DNA of 64,000 nt from IMG/VR virus record IMGVR_UViG_3300023283_000076, positions 128,001-192,000 of that record, one strand, 5' to 3'. The notes below the pieces were generated by a model. That model was not told the origin of the DNA and ran no database searches. It saw nothing but the letters and a program-made list of their open reading frames with translations. The position numbers and the translations under genes were made by a program. Every line of letters begins with the position of its first letter. Positions within the stretch are counted from its first letter, which is position 1. Below, piece after piece: positions 1 through 8,561 of this stretch. The DNA is from a virus. Lineage: Duplodnaviria > Caudoviricetes.

Positions 1-2019
1 TTCGAACAATCCAAATATAGTATCTGCCTTTTCTGGATGGACTAAAGTTCCATTACGAGCCTTAACATGCATCATGAAAAGATCATATAAGCTTACTTTA
101 TTATTGATAGAAAGCATTGCTTCAACCACATCACGTATTGATGCTGCGTTGCTATTAACATTGTTAGGTAGCTCGCCAAATGCATCTGCATGTGACATGT
201 CTGTCCATATAATTTCTCTTGTTTTAATATCAAAAATTACCGGCATGGCGCTTGTACTATCAAAATTTAAATCAAGCTTGCATTCGACAGTTTTAGGATC
301 GTAAACTTCATTACTGTCAGGTTTTGATCTGCTCATCCAACCAATGAAGCAAGTATCGTGTTCTGCAAAAGTATACCCGGAGAATACCATCACATTCATT
401 GCAACATATCTTATACCAGAGCTACGAGCATTTTCGATATCGATATCAACAAATTCACTAGCACCATGTGGCGCTCTGGTTATATCACCTGAATGATACA
501 GTCCAGACCTCGGCGATCTAATATTACCATACCAAATCTTGTCAACAACTTTAAAGTTTTTATCAAACAATGTTGCGCTCAAGTCAATATCTAGCCCTAC
601 CCAATACAAAAACAGGCGTATAGTGTTTGTTTCTTCATCCCCAAAAGGAAAACGAGTTCCTCTCGCTGCCGAATGTGTACCATCACTAGCGCTTCTTTGC
701 TGAGAAGGGATGGGGCATCTTTCTAATGCTGGATCAACATATACATTACCCAAGTTTTCCAGACTAGAAAATCTGTTGATTAGTGTCTTGGATATTCCAG
801 TTACAAGAGTATTAACTACTTTTTCGGGGAGAGCATCCTGTCCACTAATTAATTCAGCCCTTTGAATGTTCCCTTTAGGAAACACTACTCTCTTCGTGGT
901 ACTTTTGCTTCTAGTTGCAAAATGACCTTTCAACTGTAGAAGAACTTTGGTTGAAACACTATCAGCCACAGATATAAATTTGTTTGCAACAATTATCTGA
1001 TTCCTTTCGGCACCAGCCATCCTCAATAGATGATCCAATCTACGCGCAAAGTCGCCGGGACGGGTTACTAATAGCTTAGTAGCCTTAACCGGATGACCAG
1101 ACGCCAATTGCCGCTCAACTTTAGTGCTAAAAGTTTCCACACTTTCGTTTTCACGTAATGGTTTGATGGCATCATATACTTTCTTGGAGTAGTCTCCAAC
1201 ATGCAAAGAGTGCGCCAACTTAATCCACTTTCCACTATGTCTTACAAGATCTTCTCTATTGATGACAGATTCTAATCCTTTAACAAGGATTCGCCTTTCT
1301 GGTCTTTTGAAATTCTTGAATTTAGTGTTGTCTGCTAATGAAACATCACCACCGGACATATGTGTGGCAATACGCAACACATCGTTGGGGTTCTTAACCA
1401 GTTCATTGATTGGAATTCCATTTTCTACCATGTATGCACCAATAATACACAGATTTTCCTTGAACGGAATTGTTTCCGGAAATACGAGATTTCCGTAATG
1501 TTGCAAGAACCATTCAATGATTTCCTTATCTGTACTAGATACAGAATCGTTTGATGCCAATATCTTTGTAAATATTGATGCAAACTCGTCTTCTGTCGCA
1601 AGTCCCAGAGTTCTAAACTTCACATTTTCAAATGCGAATTCTCTAGGAAGTTTTTCATAATCAGGCTTCCAGTAACCGTAACTCCAATAATGCATGATAG
1701 CGTTCAAAAACAATTCCAAATCACTGGCTTCGATAACCTGACGAGGGAAATTCGGATACATTGGTTTATGAACTACATTATCGCCTTTCAACTCTTTCAA
1801 TGTTTTAACTAATACTGCTGAAAGGTCTCCTAGCATATGATCTGGAAGCTCTGAGATCACTTTTAAGAGATCTTCATCCATCATATAACCTAGGCCCATG
1901 ATATTGGCTTGAAGGGTCATGGCCTTTGCTGTAATCTGTCCCGTTGGACTCTCACTGCGCAGGTGCGCAGGTATAACTACTTTTTCTAGCTTTTTGATAG
2001 CTATTTCTGTCTTATTCAT
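1..2019 (-). CDS. TROVE-like/TerD fusion protein ('Rot'-type), C-terminus truncated by window edge
   Basis: Not in ORF track because no stop lies inside the window. ATG at 2019 with AGGAG RBS; frame open at every stretch I translated (up to 673 codons). Reads MNKTEIAIKKLEK...KPMYPNFPRQV...NAIMHYWS...IPFKEN...DVLRIATHMSGGDVSL...RPGDFARRLDHLLR, then a TerD-like region (LDIDLSA, HSGDITRAPHGASEFVDID, PVIFD, SLYDLFMMH). Confidence 0.8.
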   Translation of the reverse strand, partial: MNKTEIAIKKLEKVVIPAHLRSESPTGQITAKAMTLQANIMGLGYMMDEDLLKVISELPDHMLGDLSAVLVKTLKELKGDNVVHKPMYPNFPRQVIEASDLELFLNAIMHYWSYGYWKPDYEKLPREFAFENVKFRTLGLATEDEFASIFTKILASNDSVSSTDKEIIEWFLQHYGNLVFPETIPFKENLCIIGAYMVENGIPINELVKNPNDVLRIATHMSGGDVSLADNTKFKNFKRPERRILVKGLESVINREDLVRHSGKWIKLAHSLHVGDYSKKVYDAIKPLRENESVETFSTKVERQLASGHPVKATKLLVTRPGDFARRLDHLLRMAGAERNQIIVANKFISVADSVSTKVLLQLKGHFATRSKSTTKRVVFPKGNIQRAELISGQDALPEKVVNTLVTGISKTLINRFSSLENLGNVYVDPALERCPIPSQQRSASDGTHSAARGTRFPFGDEETNTIRLFLYWVGLDIDLSATLFDKNFKVVDKIWYGNIRSPRSGLYHSGDITRAPHGASEFVDIDIENARSSGIRYVAMNVMVFSGYTFAEHDTCFIGWMSRSKPDSNEVYDPKTVECKLDLNFDSTSAMPVIFDIKTREIIWTDMSHADAFGELPNNVNSNAASIRDVVEAMLSINNKVSLYDLFMMHVKARNGTLVHPEKADTIFGLFE

Positions 2020-2104
2020 CTTCGTTCTCCTGAAGTAAAGTGGAAGAACCATTTTCTTCCGTAGCCTCAAAGCACCGGCCCATCCGGTCTTTTAGAGTAA
2101 AATT

Positions 2105-2172
2105 GTCGGTAAGTTAAAGAGCTACGTTTTTTCCGAGAGTAAAAATTAGAAGGATGCTCTTTTATAGCCGAC
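2105..2172 (-). ncRNA. Y-RNA-like stem motif, copy A (5' leader of the Rot/TerD gene)
   Basis: GTCGG-CTATA-AAAGAGC-ATCCTTCTA...GCTCTTT-AACTTA-CCGAC; both stems covary with copies at 13630 and 13822; starts about 10 nt after a sigma70 -10 box. Confidence 0.75.
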
Positions 2173-2181
2173 TAGATGCGT

Positions 2182-2210
2182 ATACTAACACCATTGGTGA
2201 CTGATGTCAA
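2182..2210 (-). promoter_or_regulatory. sigma70-type promoter
   Basis: TTGACA-17-TAGTAT directly upstream of RNA motif copy A and the Rot/TerD gene. Confidence 0.75.
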
Positions 2211-2216
2211 CTCTTT

Positions 2217-2534
2217 TTAGAGTTTTTGTTCCATAATAATTTTATCATTATATAAATCATACCATATGTTGTTTTTTAATACTAGGCATATTTCTTCAGG
2301 ATGATATATAAATGTGGATTTCCATACATCATCCTTTTCTGTAAATTTATTAATTTCTTTAGCACATTGCGAGTTTTCTACTAATATTCTATCTTCATTA
2401 TTTTTCGTAATAGTATTCTTAACGGGTATGTTTTTATTATCAGTATTATTGTTGCTGCCCGCACTCTCGGCTATTAGATATAAGAAAATTATGAAAGTTA
2501 TTATTGTTATTATTAAACCGTCTTTTATATTCAT
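2217..2534 (-). CDS. hypothetical membrane-anchored protein
   Basis: 105 aa ORF with hydrophobic N-terminal helix. Confidence 0.6.
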   Translation of the reverse strand: MNIKDGLIITIITFIIFLYLIAESAGSNNNTDNKNIPVKNTITKNNEDRILVENSQCAKEINKFTEKDDVWKSTFIYHPEEICLVLKNNIWYDLYNDKIIMEQKL

Positions 2535-2571
2535 AGTATTTGTTTTATTATTATTTTATAGTATATTTATT

Positions 2572-3309
2572 TTATGTCCATAATGCATGTCTTACTTTTA
2601 CTAATCTTACTAACATTCTATCATCTTCTTCTTCCCATTGTGTTTCTAATCTAGTCATTTCATCACAATATTTTTCGAATTCTACATACTCTTGTGTGTT
2701 TTTCCATTCTTCTGAAAACATAGAAAAAAATGATTCCCGTTCTGGCATTTCAGGACACTCTGGTTCTATTCTATTAGGGCGTATTTTGGTATACCATAGA
2801 TACAGTTTTAATATTTCTTCTGCATCTTTAGATTGTACTGGGCTTTCATCACCTAAGCTAATTTCCCAGCGAAGGTGCTCCAACCCAAATTCCTTATGCC
2901 TATTTTTATTAAAACGTAAAAAACGTGGTAGGAATCTTTTCCATTTTAAAAATTCTTTCTTTTTTTCTTTTGTGTCAAATACGCAATTCATATGTGCGCA
3001 TTCTTTCTCTACATAATCTACTAATAATGAAAAACATCCATGAAACATTAATTCTGGGGCATCATGATACCTGCGGGGTAAACCTGTTTTAATTATATTA
3101 GGTGCAGAAAAAAAATATTTTATTGAATTTAAAACATCATTCTTGAACCATTTAATACGATTTATGGCGGCAATATGGGGGCCGTTTTCTACTAAAAAGT
3201 ATCTTATGGGGGCATTTTCTTTGAATTCTTTACGAAACTTACCCCATCCCTCCATGGTTTCCGCTTCTGGAGGATAATAATTCATCCATCTATTAATTTT
3301 TTTAAGCAT
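2572..3309 (-). CDS. conserved phage hypothetical protein
   Basis: 245 aa; ends in LYLWYTKIRPNR...EEDDRMLVRLVKVRHALWT, a pattern I recall from large-phage hypotheticals; downstream of a sigma70 promoter. Confidence 0.7.
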   Translation of the reverse strand: MLKKINRWMNYYPPEAETMEGWGKFRKEFKENAPIRYFLVENGPHIAAINRIKWFKNDVLNSIKYFFSAPNIIKTGLPRRYHDAPELMFHGCFSLLVDYVEKECAHMNCVFDTKEKKKEFLKWKRFLPRFLRFNKNRHKEFGLEHLRWEISLGDESPVQSKDAEEILKLYLWYTKIRPNRIEPECPEMPERESFFSMFSEEWKNTQEYVEFEKYCDEMTRLETQWEEEDDRMLVRLVKVRHALWT

Positions 3310-3335
3310 ATTATTTATCTCGTGTGTTTTTTGGG

Positions 3336-3378
3336 ATTATAACACAAAAAAAAGACACCGTCAAGGGTGCCTTTTTTA
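3336..3378 (-). terminator. intrinsic terminator overlapping a sigma70 promoter
   Basis: GGCACC-CTTGAC-GGTGTC-T8 after tRNA-Pro; the same bases form TTGACG-17-TATAAT (3336-3364). Confidence 0.65.
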
Positions 3379-3379
3379 T

Positions 3380-3456
3380 TGGTCGGACTGACAGGATTTG
3401 AACCTGCGACCACACGGCCCCCGACCGTGGGCTCTACCAAACTGAGCTACAGTCCG
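3380..3456 (-). tRNA. tRNA-Pro(GGG), C33 variant
   Basis: Acceptor CGGACTG/CAGTCCG, A73, encoded CCA, anticodon arm CACGG-TCGGGGG-CCGTG, T loop TTCAAAT. Confidence 0.85.
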
Positions 3457-4203
3457 TTAACGATGTTCTGGGTTTTCAGCTTTTTTATTTCTTCCCTCAA
3501 ACTCTTCTAAATTATTTCCTTTGTTGGGTATTCCACCGTTTTCTTTTAACATTCTGGCAAAGTGTATAAGATTCCATGCCATAAATTGAGAAGTCTTTTT
3601 AGTGTATTCATTATCCAATCCTGCACCGTCATCTCCGTATGATTTTCCGGGTCCAATTTCTCCTATCCATCCAGTGTCTACTTGTGGTGGAATTGTATAT
3701 CCAATATGACCTAAAGAATATAGTATACTTTTGGCACAGTTTTTAACTCCATCTTCGTTCCCTGTTATAACACATCCAGCAACTTTGCCATAATAAATGT
3801 ATTGACCCTTATCGTTAGTTTGACCACTCATAGAATACAATCTTTCCATGACTCTCCCCCATATAGAGCTAGGCTCTCCTAACCAAATAGGTGAACCTAT
3901 AACTAATATATCTGCTTTATTCACTTTTCCCTCAAAGAATTTGGGCCAATCATCTTTCTTAGCTCCATGTTTTGTCATATCTGGGAAGGTTCCCGGAGCG
4001 AAATCATACTCTACGGCTCTAACTTTTTCAACTTCGATACCCTCGGATTTATATATTTTTTCTTGTTCGTTGAAAAGTCTTTCAGTATGTGATCTTTTAT
4101 TATCCGATTTTAATGAACAGTTTATGAATAATACGTTCATCTTTTCTTTTGATTTGGCTTCAGTTAAATTCTTTATGCCTGTTACTTTAGATAGATCCAT
4201 CAC
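3457..4203 (-). CDS. flavodoxin family / NAD(P)H-dependent FMN reductase
   Basis: LFINCSLK...SHT, ADILVIGSPIWLGEPSS, GKVAGCVITGNEDG motifs of bacterial multimeric flavodoxins. Confidence 0.85.
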   Translation of the reverse strand: MMDLSKVTGIKNLTEAKSKEKMNVLFINCSLKSDNKRSHTERLFNEQEKIYKSEGIEVEKVRAVEYDFAPGTFPDMTKHGAKKDDWPKFFEGKVNKADILVIGSPIWLGEPSSIWGRVMERLYSMSGQTNDKGQYIYYGKVAGCVITGNEDGVKNCAKSILYSLGHIGYTIPPQVDTGWIGEIGPGKSYGDDGAGLDNEYTKKTSQFMAWNLIHFARMLKENGGIPNKGNNLEEFEGRNKKAENPEHR

Positions 4204-4231
4204 GGCGCATCCTTATTCTAATTTATTTATT

Positions 4232-4759
4232 TTAGCATGTTAAGTTTTTTACAATTTGATCAAGATATTCCCGGTTTTGCAGCTTTTTTTGTTGTTCCAT
4301 TTCATATTTAAATTTTAGTATATAATTATGGAAGTAAACGAGATGGGGTAAATATTTTTCATCATATATTTCTAGGTCATATGTAGGATAATTGCCGCCA
4401 TTATAATCCATATTTATTTTAAGTATTTCTATTTTATCCATAAAAATTTTAAAATTGTAATCATTTGGATACAATTCCACTTTATTAATAGTAAATAGGC
4501 TGAAACCAATGGACCAAACTTTTCTATGGTGGGCTAGCCTAAATTCATTAAAACCGTGTAAATATTCGAATAACGTAGAAATTAAAAATTTTGGATTTCT
4601 TCTATCAAAATAAGTCTGAACAAAAAAGGTAGCTAATGCTCCTTCCCTTCGTATTTTATCTAATTCTTCTTCTTTAAAACAAAAATCGTTAATCATGCGT
4701 GTTACGGTTGGGTCAGTTTTTGGTTCTTCTCTTTTCTTTTTTGTAAATATATTAAACAT
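4232..4759 (-). CDS. hypothetical protein
   Basis: 175 aa ORF on the coding strand, no recognised motif. Confidence 0.6.
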   Translation of the reverse strand: MFNIFTKKKREEPKTDPTVTRMINDFCFKEEELDKIRREGALATFFVQTYFDRRNPKFLISTLFEYLHGFNEFRLAHHRKVWSIGFSLFTINKVELYPNDYNFKIFMDKIEILKINMDYNGGNYPTYDLEIYDEKYLPHLVYFHNYILKFKYEMEQQKKLQNREYLDQIVKNLTC

Positions 4760-4799
4760 AATTAATTTTCTACGCTTCTTTTGCTCTATCTAGTGCCTT

Positions 4800-5024
4800 T
4801 TAACATTTGTTACAGGTATAATCGATATCAGCTTTATTATCGCAAAAGTCACACAGTGTAATGTTATTGTTATTAGCTCTGTTGAGTCTATCTGCGGCTT
4901 TATATAGACTTTTAGTCGTTACCGCTGTAAAAGGAAATGGGGTGCGTCCCCATACTATATGGTTAACTACTTCATCTGAAGGAGTTTTTTTCATTGCTTT
5001 TCCTACTATTTCTTTAGCGTTCAT
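4800..5024 (-). CDS. hypothetical protein with C-terminal CxxC/C motif
   Basis: 74 aa; HIVWGRTPFPF and CDFC...C. Confidence 0.6.
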   Translation of the reverse strand: MNAKEIVGKAMKKTPSDEVVNHIVWGRTPFPFTAVTTKSLYKAADRLNRANNNNITLCDFCDNKADIDYTCNKC

Positions 5025-5044
5025 AATTTAAATACCTCTTTAAT

Positions 5045-5181
5045 AAGTCTCCTGAAATCGTGTTACAAATGCAAGAGATTAATCTTGCTAACTCCACTGG
5101 TCGAAAGTGCTAAAACCCCAGTTTCATTGTCATTACATACCCTCGATTTCCCTGACGCACTTCATCTTCGGTTGGAGACTT
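5045..5181 (-). ncRNA. candidate structured RNA (unassigned)
   Basis: Nested stems AAGTCTCC/GGAGACTT, GAAATCG/CGATTTC, CTGG/CCAG, GCAAGA/TCTTGC plus possible pseudoknot AAGTGC/GCACTT in an intergenic gap. Confidence 0.5.
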
Positions 5182-5187
5182 GGGAAA

Positions 5188-5547
5188 TTAAATATCTATT
5201 CTTCGCAATAACTCAAGTAAACTATTATTTATAGAATATATCTCATTTTGGATATATCTAAGTTTTAGAGAAACATTAGAGTCATTATGTGTTTCATCAT
5301 TTTTTTGATCTTGTTTCTTTTGTTCTTTATTTATGTCAGGAATCAGTATATCATTCAGACTATTATATAATTCATCTCTAATATCAGCTAGGTGTTCCAC
5401 TTGTTCTGTCAGATGTGTGATATTCACTGTGATAGAACACGCATCTTTATCTTCTGGAGTGTCTCCATAGGATATGGTTCCCTCAAACGCTTCGGCTTGT
5501 GTTGGTTTTTGTCTATAGGTTTTTTTTGTTAAATCATTTTCATTCAT
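5188..5547 (-). CDS. hypothetical protein (coiled-coil)
   Basis: 119 aa ORF with AAGG RBS. Confidence 0.6.
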   Translation of the reverse strand: MNENDLTKKTYRQKPTQAEAFEGTISYGDTPEDKDACSITVNITHLTEQVEHLADIRDELYNSLNDILIPDINKEQKKQDQKNDETHNDSNVSLKLRYIQNEIYSINNSLLELLRRIDI

Positions 5548-5680
5548 ATTAAAATATCCTTAATTTATTTTTCTTGCGAATGTTCTTTCTTTTATGACCT
5601 GCACTAATTAATCTCGATATCGTTCAGAAAGCATATATGTAAAAATTTAGATAGGGTGCATATTAAAACTTTCTTACATT

Positions 5681-5905
5681 TTACTTTAAGCTTCTAGCTA
5701 GAAGCTCACCGTTTTCTTGGTCGCTAAATTTATCCCATCCTGAACCTGTTCTAATTTCCATAGATTCAACTAAATCTATAGATTGAACATGGTTAGCTAA
5801 CTCTTCTCTATAATGCTGCTCAGTTTCATCTTCAAAGGGTTCACGGAATTCATGGACCCTTGCTGCAGATTTTAGTGCCTTCATATTTGGAAAATTCATT
5901 GGCAT
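5681..5905 (-). CDS. conserved phage hypothetical protein
   Basis: MPMNFPNMKAL...HEFR...YREELANHV...ESMEIR; GGAG RBS; TTGACA-17-TATTAT promoter at 5938-5966. Confidence 0.65.
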   Translation of the reverse strand: MPMNFPNMKALKSAARVHEFREPFEDETEQHYREELANHVQSIDLVESMEIRTGSGWDKFSDQENGELLARSLK

Positions 5906-5971
5906 TTTTATTTCTCCTTTTATTAGCGTGTAAGGGTATAATATAGTAATCGTGGAGAGATGTCAAGGGGG

Positions 5972-6047
5972 TGGTGGCGATAGTAGGACTTAAACCTACG
6001 ACCTCTTCCGTATGAAGGAATTGCTCTGTCAACTGAGCTATATCGCC
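5972..6047 (-). tRNA. tRNA with CAT anticodon (elongator Met or Ile2)
   Basis: GGCGATA/TATCGCC acceptor, loop TTCATAC, T loop TTTAAGT, CCA encoded. Confidence 0.8.
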
Positions 6048-6058
6048 ATTTTAAAAGT

Positions 6059-6134
6059 TGGTGCGCAACCCAAGCCTCGAACTTGGAACCTTTCGATTAT
6101 CGGTCGAATGCTCTGCCAATTGAGCTAGTTGCGC
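6059..6134 (-). tRNA. tRNA-Ile(GAT), C33 variant
   Basis: GCGCAAC/GTTGCGC acceptor, TTCGA-CCGATAA-TCGAA anticodon arm, CCA. Confidence 0.85.
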
Positions 6135-6139
6135 AGGTT

Positions 6140-6323
6140 TCGTGTATTTGTTTATTTATCAGACAAAGAGAAGACCTCTTCTTTAACGCAGCTAAAAATA
6201 TATTAACCTTCGGGCAGACGGAGCTAGCTTGTGGAGTCCAAAATAAGACTGAATCTCCTGTATGGGGCAATGCACACGACTGTGAAACAAGAATCCCCTT
6301 GCTTTAGCGAGGGGAGTTGTCAA
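6140..6323 (+). mobile_element. IS200/IS605-family remnant (TnpB C-terminal stub plus right end)
   Basis: Translation REDLFFNAAKNIL resembles the TnpB D-x-N-A-A-x-N-I motif; followed by hairpin GAATCCCCTTGCTTTAGCGAGGGGAG and TGTCAA end (6291-6323). Left boundary approximate. Confidence 0.7.
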
Positions 6324-6534
6324 TGCTACTAACAGGCGGGAATATATGCCATACTACACTCCGGGGGCAGCTTCTTTAAAAGCTTTTTCAAAGTTTTTTG
6401 ATAGGGATTCTATAAGTTCTTCTTTTTCTTCTAAAAACTTTTTGTATTTTTCTTTCAGTTGATTATCCATAGTCCAGATTTCTTATTAAGTTGCAACATG
6501 ATACAGTAAAATAAGTATATTGTCAAGGGGGAAT

Positions 6535-6610
6535 TGGAGCGGCTAAGGGGAATCGAGCCCCTGACCTCAACTTTGGCAAAGTTGCGCTCTACCTACTGAG
6601 CTATAGCCGC
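6535..6610 (-). tRNA. tRNA-Gly(GCC)
   Basis: GCGGCTA/TAGCCGC, U73, CAACT-TTGCCAA-AGTTG, CCA. Confidence 0.9.
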
Positions 6611-6615
6611 ATATA

Positions 6616-6813
6616 TTAAACATATATCTTATCGTTCTTTTCTTCTTCTTTTAAAATATCATAAACAGAAAGCGGAGATCCTGAATTTTTTAGATTTTGC
6701 TCCATTACGCCAATAAAATCCGTTATATGATCATCCGGTATAGAATGGACAAATTTTCTAACTCTGTTCTCTGCTTCCATACGCTTTTTAGTGCTCGTAT
6801 CTGCTATATGCAT
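6616..6813 (-). CDS. hypothetical protein
   Basis: 65 aa ORF on coding strand. Confidence 0.45.
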   Translation of the reverse strand: MHIADTSTKKRMEAENRVRKFVHSIPDDHITDFIGVMEQNLKNSGSPLSVYDILKEEEKNDKIYV

Positions 6814-6860
6814 AATCGTAAATCCGTTGTTTTTGTATTTTTCATATAATATTTATACAA

Positions 6861-7169
6861 TTATGTGATAGAGTATGAAAAAAATGGAAGGAATACGGGG
6901 AATTGAACTCTTATACTGATATCCCGGAGTTTGAATCCAGTTTCCAGCCATTTTGCGATAACTTCTTCGATAGAACCGCCATGCATTTCAGCATCACACC
7001 CCCCAGCTAAATCAAGACACCGTATAACCCAACAAGTCCCATCAGTATCTAATCGCTCTTTAGGGCCCACATATATTTTACCAATTTCTTTATGCGGACG
7101 CCAGTATGCTCCACTAGGGTGGATTGTATCCCCGTCTTTTACATCTGGAATCTTACCACAAAGGGGCAT
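6861..7169 (-). CDS. hypothetical protein
   Basis: 102 aa ORF about 100 nt downstream of wcaG-like RNA copy 1. Confidence 0.5.
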   Translation of the reverse strand: MPLCGKIPDVKDGDTIHPSGAYWRPHKEIGKIYVGPKERLDTDGTCWVIRCLDLAGGCDAEMHGGSIEEVIAKWLETGFKLRDISIRVQFPVFLPFFSYSIT

Positions 7170-7271
7170 TATTTTAATTTAATATGTTGTTTATTCATTT
7201 AATTCACCTGTTGTTTATTTTCATATTCGAAAAATACGGTCCGCTGAATTTCTGGCCCTTCCGTAAATAAT

Positions 7272-7383
7272 TGTGCGCTCTAACTGCTTTAACCGCTCGC
7301 CACACCCACGAGCTTCTGGTCTTGGCCACACCACTAGCCTCAAGGATTCAGGTTTAGCGCACACTACTACAATCCTTTGTTCG
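7272..7383 (-). ncRNA. wcaG-like pseudoknotted RNA motif, copy 1
   Basis: Near-repeat of 12588-12697 with compensatory changes: P1 AAGGATT/AATCCTT, pseudoknot TGTGCGCT/AGCGCACA, hairpin GCTCG/CGAGC, two GGTGTGG loops; promoter TTGCAA-17-TATAGT at 7400-7428. Confidence 0.7.
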
Positions 7384-7429
7384 ATAAACTGCAATGGTTA
7401 CTATATCATCTTGTAACAACATTTGCAAG

Positions 7430-7500
7430 TAGTTTGTCAGGATTTGAACCTACGAATGCGGACTCCGAAGGCCCCGCTGCATTTAATTGCCCGAGGTACT
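7430..7500 (-). pseudogene. degenerate tRNA-Arg(TCG)-like sequence
   Basis: Anticodon-like arm around CTTCGGA and T arm GTAGG-TTCAAAT-CCTG, but no good acceptor stem, D arm or CCA. Confidence 0.4.
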
Positions 7501-7759
7501 AAATCTTTCCATTCACAATCAATCTGAACATAAATTCACTTACATTCACATGTATATTTACTTTTGGTTGCATTAAAGAAAAATCTAAAAGTTCACAAAA
7601 TTCTTTAATAGATCTTTCTGCGTATTCTGTAAATGTTCCTTCCGTGCCGTCCATTTTTATATAAGTAGCTTCTATATCATCTAAATGTTTTAGACGTTCA
7701 ATAGCCCTTTTTTTAAATTGTAAAATGCTTGATTGCGATGTTAATGTTATACTATTCAT
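7499..7759 (-). CDS. hypothetical protein
   Basis: 86 aa ORF with AGGA RBS. Confidence 0.55.
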   Translation of the reverse strand: MNSITLTSQSSILQFKKRAIERLKHLDDIEATYIKMDGTEGTFTEYAERSIKEFCELLDFSLMQPKVNIHVNVSEFMFRLIVNGKI

Positions 7760-7844
7760 TTTGTATATCCTATTTTTAAGGATATTATAACATGAATATA
7801 TTTTATTTGCAATGTTTTACTGTATTGTGCCGTTTATGCTAAAT

Positions 7845-8561
7845 TCAAATCGTTTTCCACCAATCTATTGAATTATATTTTTTTGTTTGGGTTATATGAT
7901 TGTTTTTATATTTTTTATACAGTGTTTCATTAAACGTTTTAATCGGCTTCAAGTAGCCTTTTTTATGTGCTACTACTATTCTTTTTTTGCCTTGTTCTGC
8001 GGCTTGAGCCGATACTAATATGTCGTCCATATAATAATAGCCAAATTTATTTATGTCTATTATTATATTGTTAGTGTTCCAGCAACTAACGCCGTTTCCT
8101 ATAACTTCCACTTCTCTATCTTTACAGTTTTCTGCGTTAAAATGATAATATTCTTTATAATCTCTAAAATAATTTTCTATCTTTCTTTCCTTTGGAAATT
8201 TTCTTCCATGGTATGAAACAATTACGTTATCATTGTACTCGTTTAATTTTTTTATACTATAATTTACGTATCCTGCTGGATAAAGTATATCATCATCTAT
8301 ACAAAAATAATACTCATTTGGACTGGTTGCCCAAAAAACCTTTCCACTAGATTTTAGATCAGCGCCTTGATATGTGTATATTTTGTCTCTTTTGAATTCG
8401 TTTGGTATAGATTTGAAATTATTGAGATATAATCTAATATATGATACTTGATTATATATTGAGTTTAATACTTTGGTGGCACTATATAATCTTTCTGGAA
8501 CAGTTGCCATATTAGCAGATATTTTCATGTTATTTGTATAACCCCTTTTTATGTCCAACAC
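7845..8561 (-). CDS. GT-A fold glycosyltransferase
   Basis: ANMATVPER...YFCIDDDILYP...MDDI; DxD motif. True start may be an internal Met. Confidence 0.75.
   Translation of the reverse strand: MLDIKRGYTNNMKISANMATVPERLYSATKVLNSIYNQVSYIRLYLNNFKSIPNEFKRDKIYTYQGADLKSSGKVFWATSPNEYYFCIDDDILYPAGYVNYSIKKLNEYNDNVIVSYHGRKFPKERKIENYFRDYKEYYHFNAENCKDREVEVIGNGVSCWNTNNIIIDINKFGYYYMDDILVSAQAAEQGKKRIVVAHKKGYLKPIKTFNETLYKKYKNNHITQTKKYNSIDWWKTI

Noticed and set aside
74-1554. Short plus-strand ORFs at the window start
   Set aside because: Antisense shadows of the long minus-strand Rot/TerD gene.
7272-7383. HDV-like/theta ribozyme reading of the pseudoknot RNAs
   Set aside because: Only 7 nt separate the pseudoknot 5' strand from the P1 3' strand, leaving no room for P3/L3.
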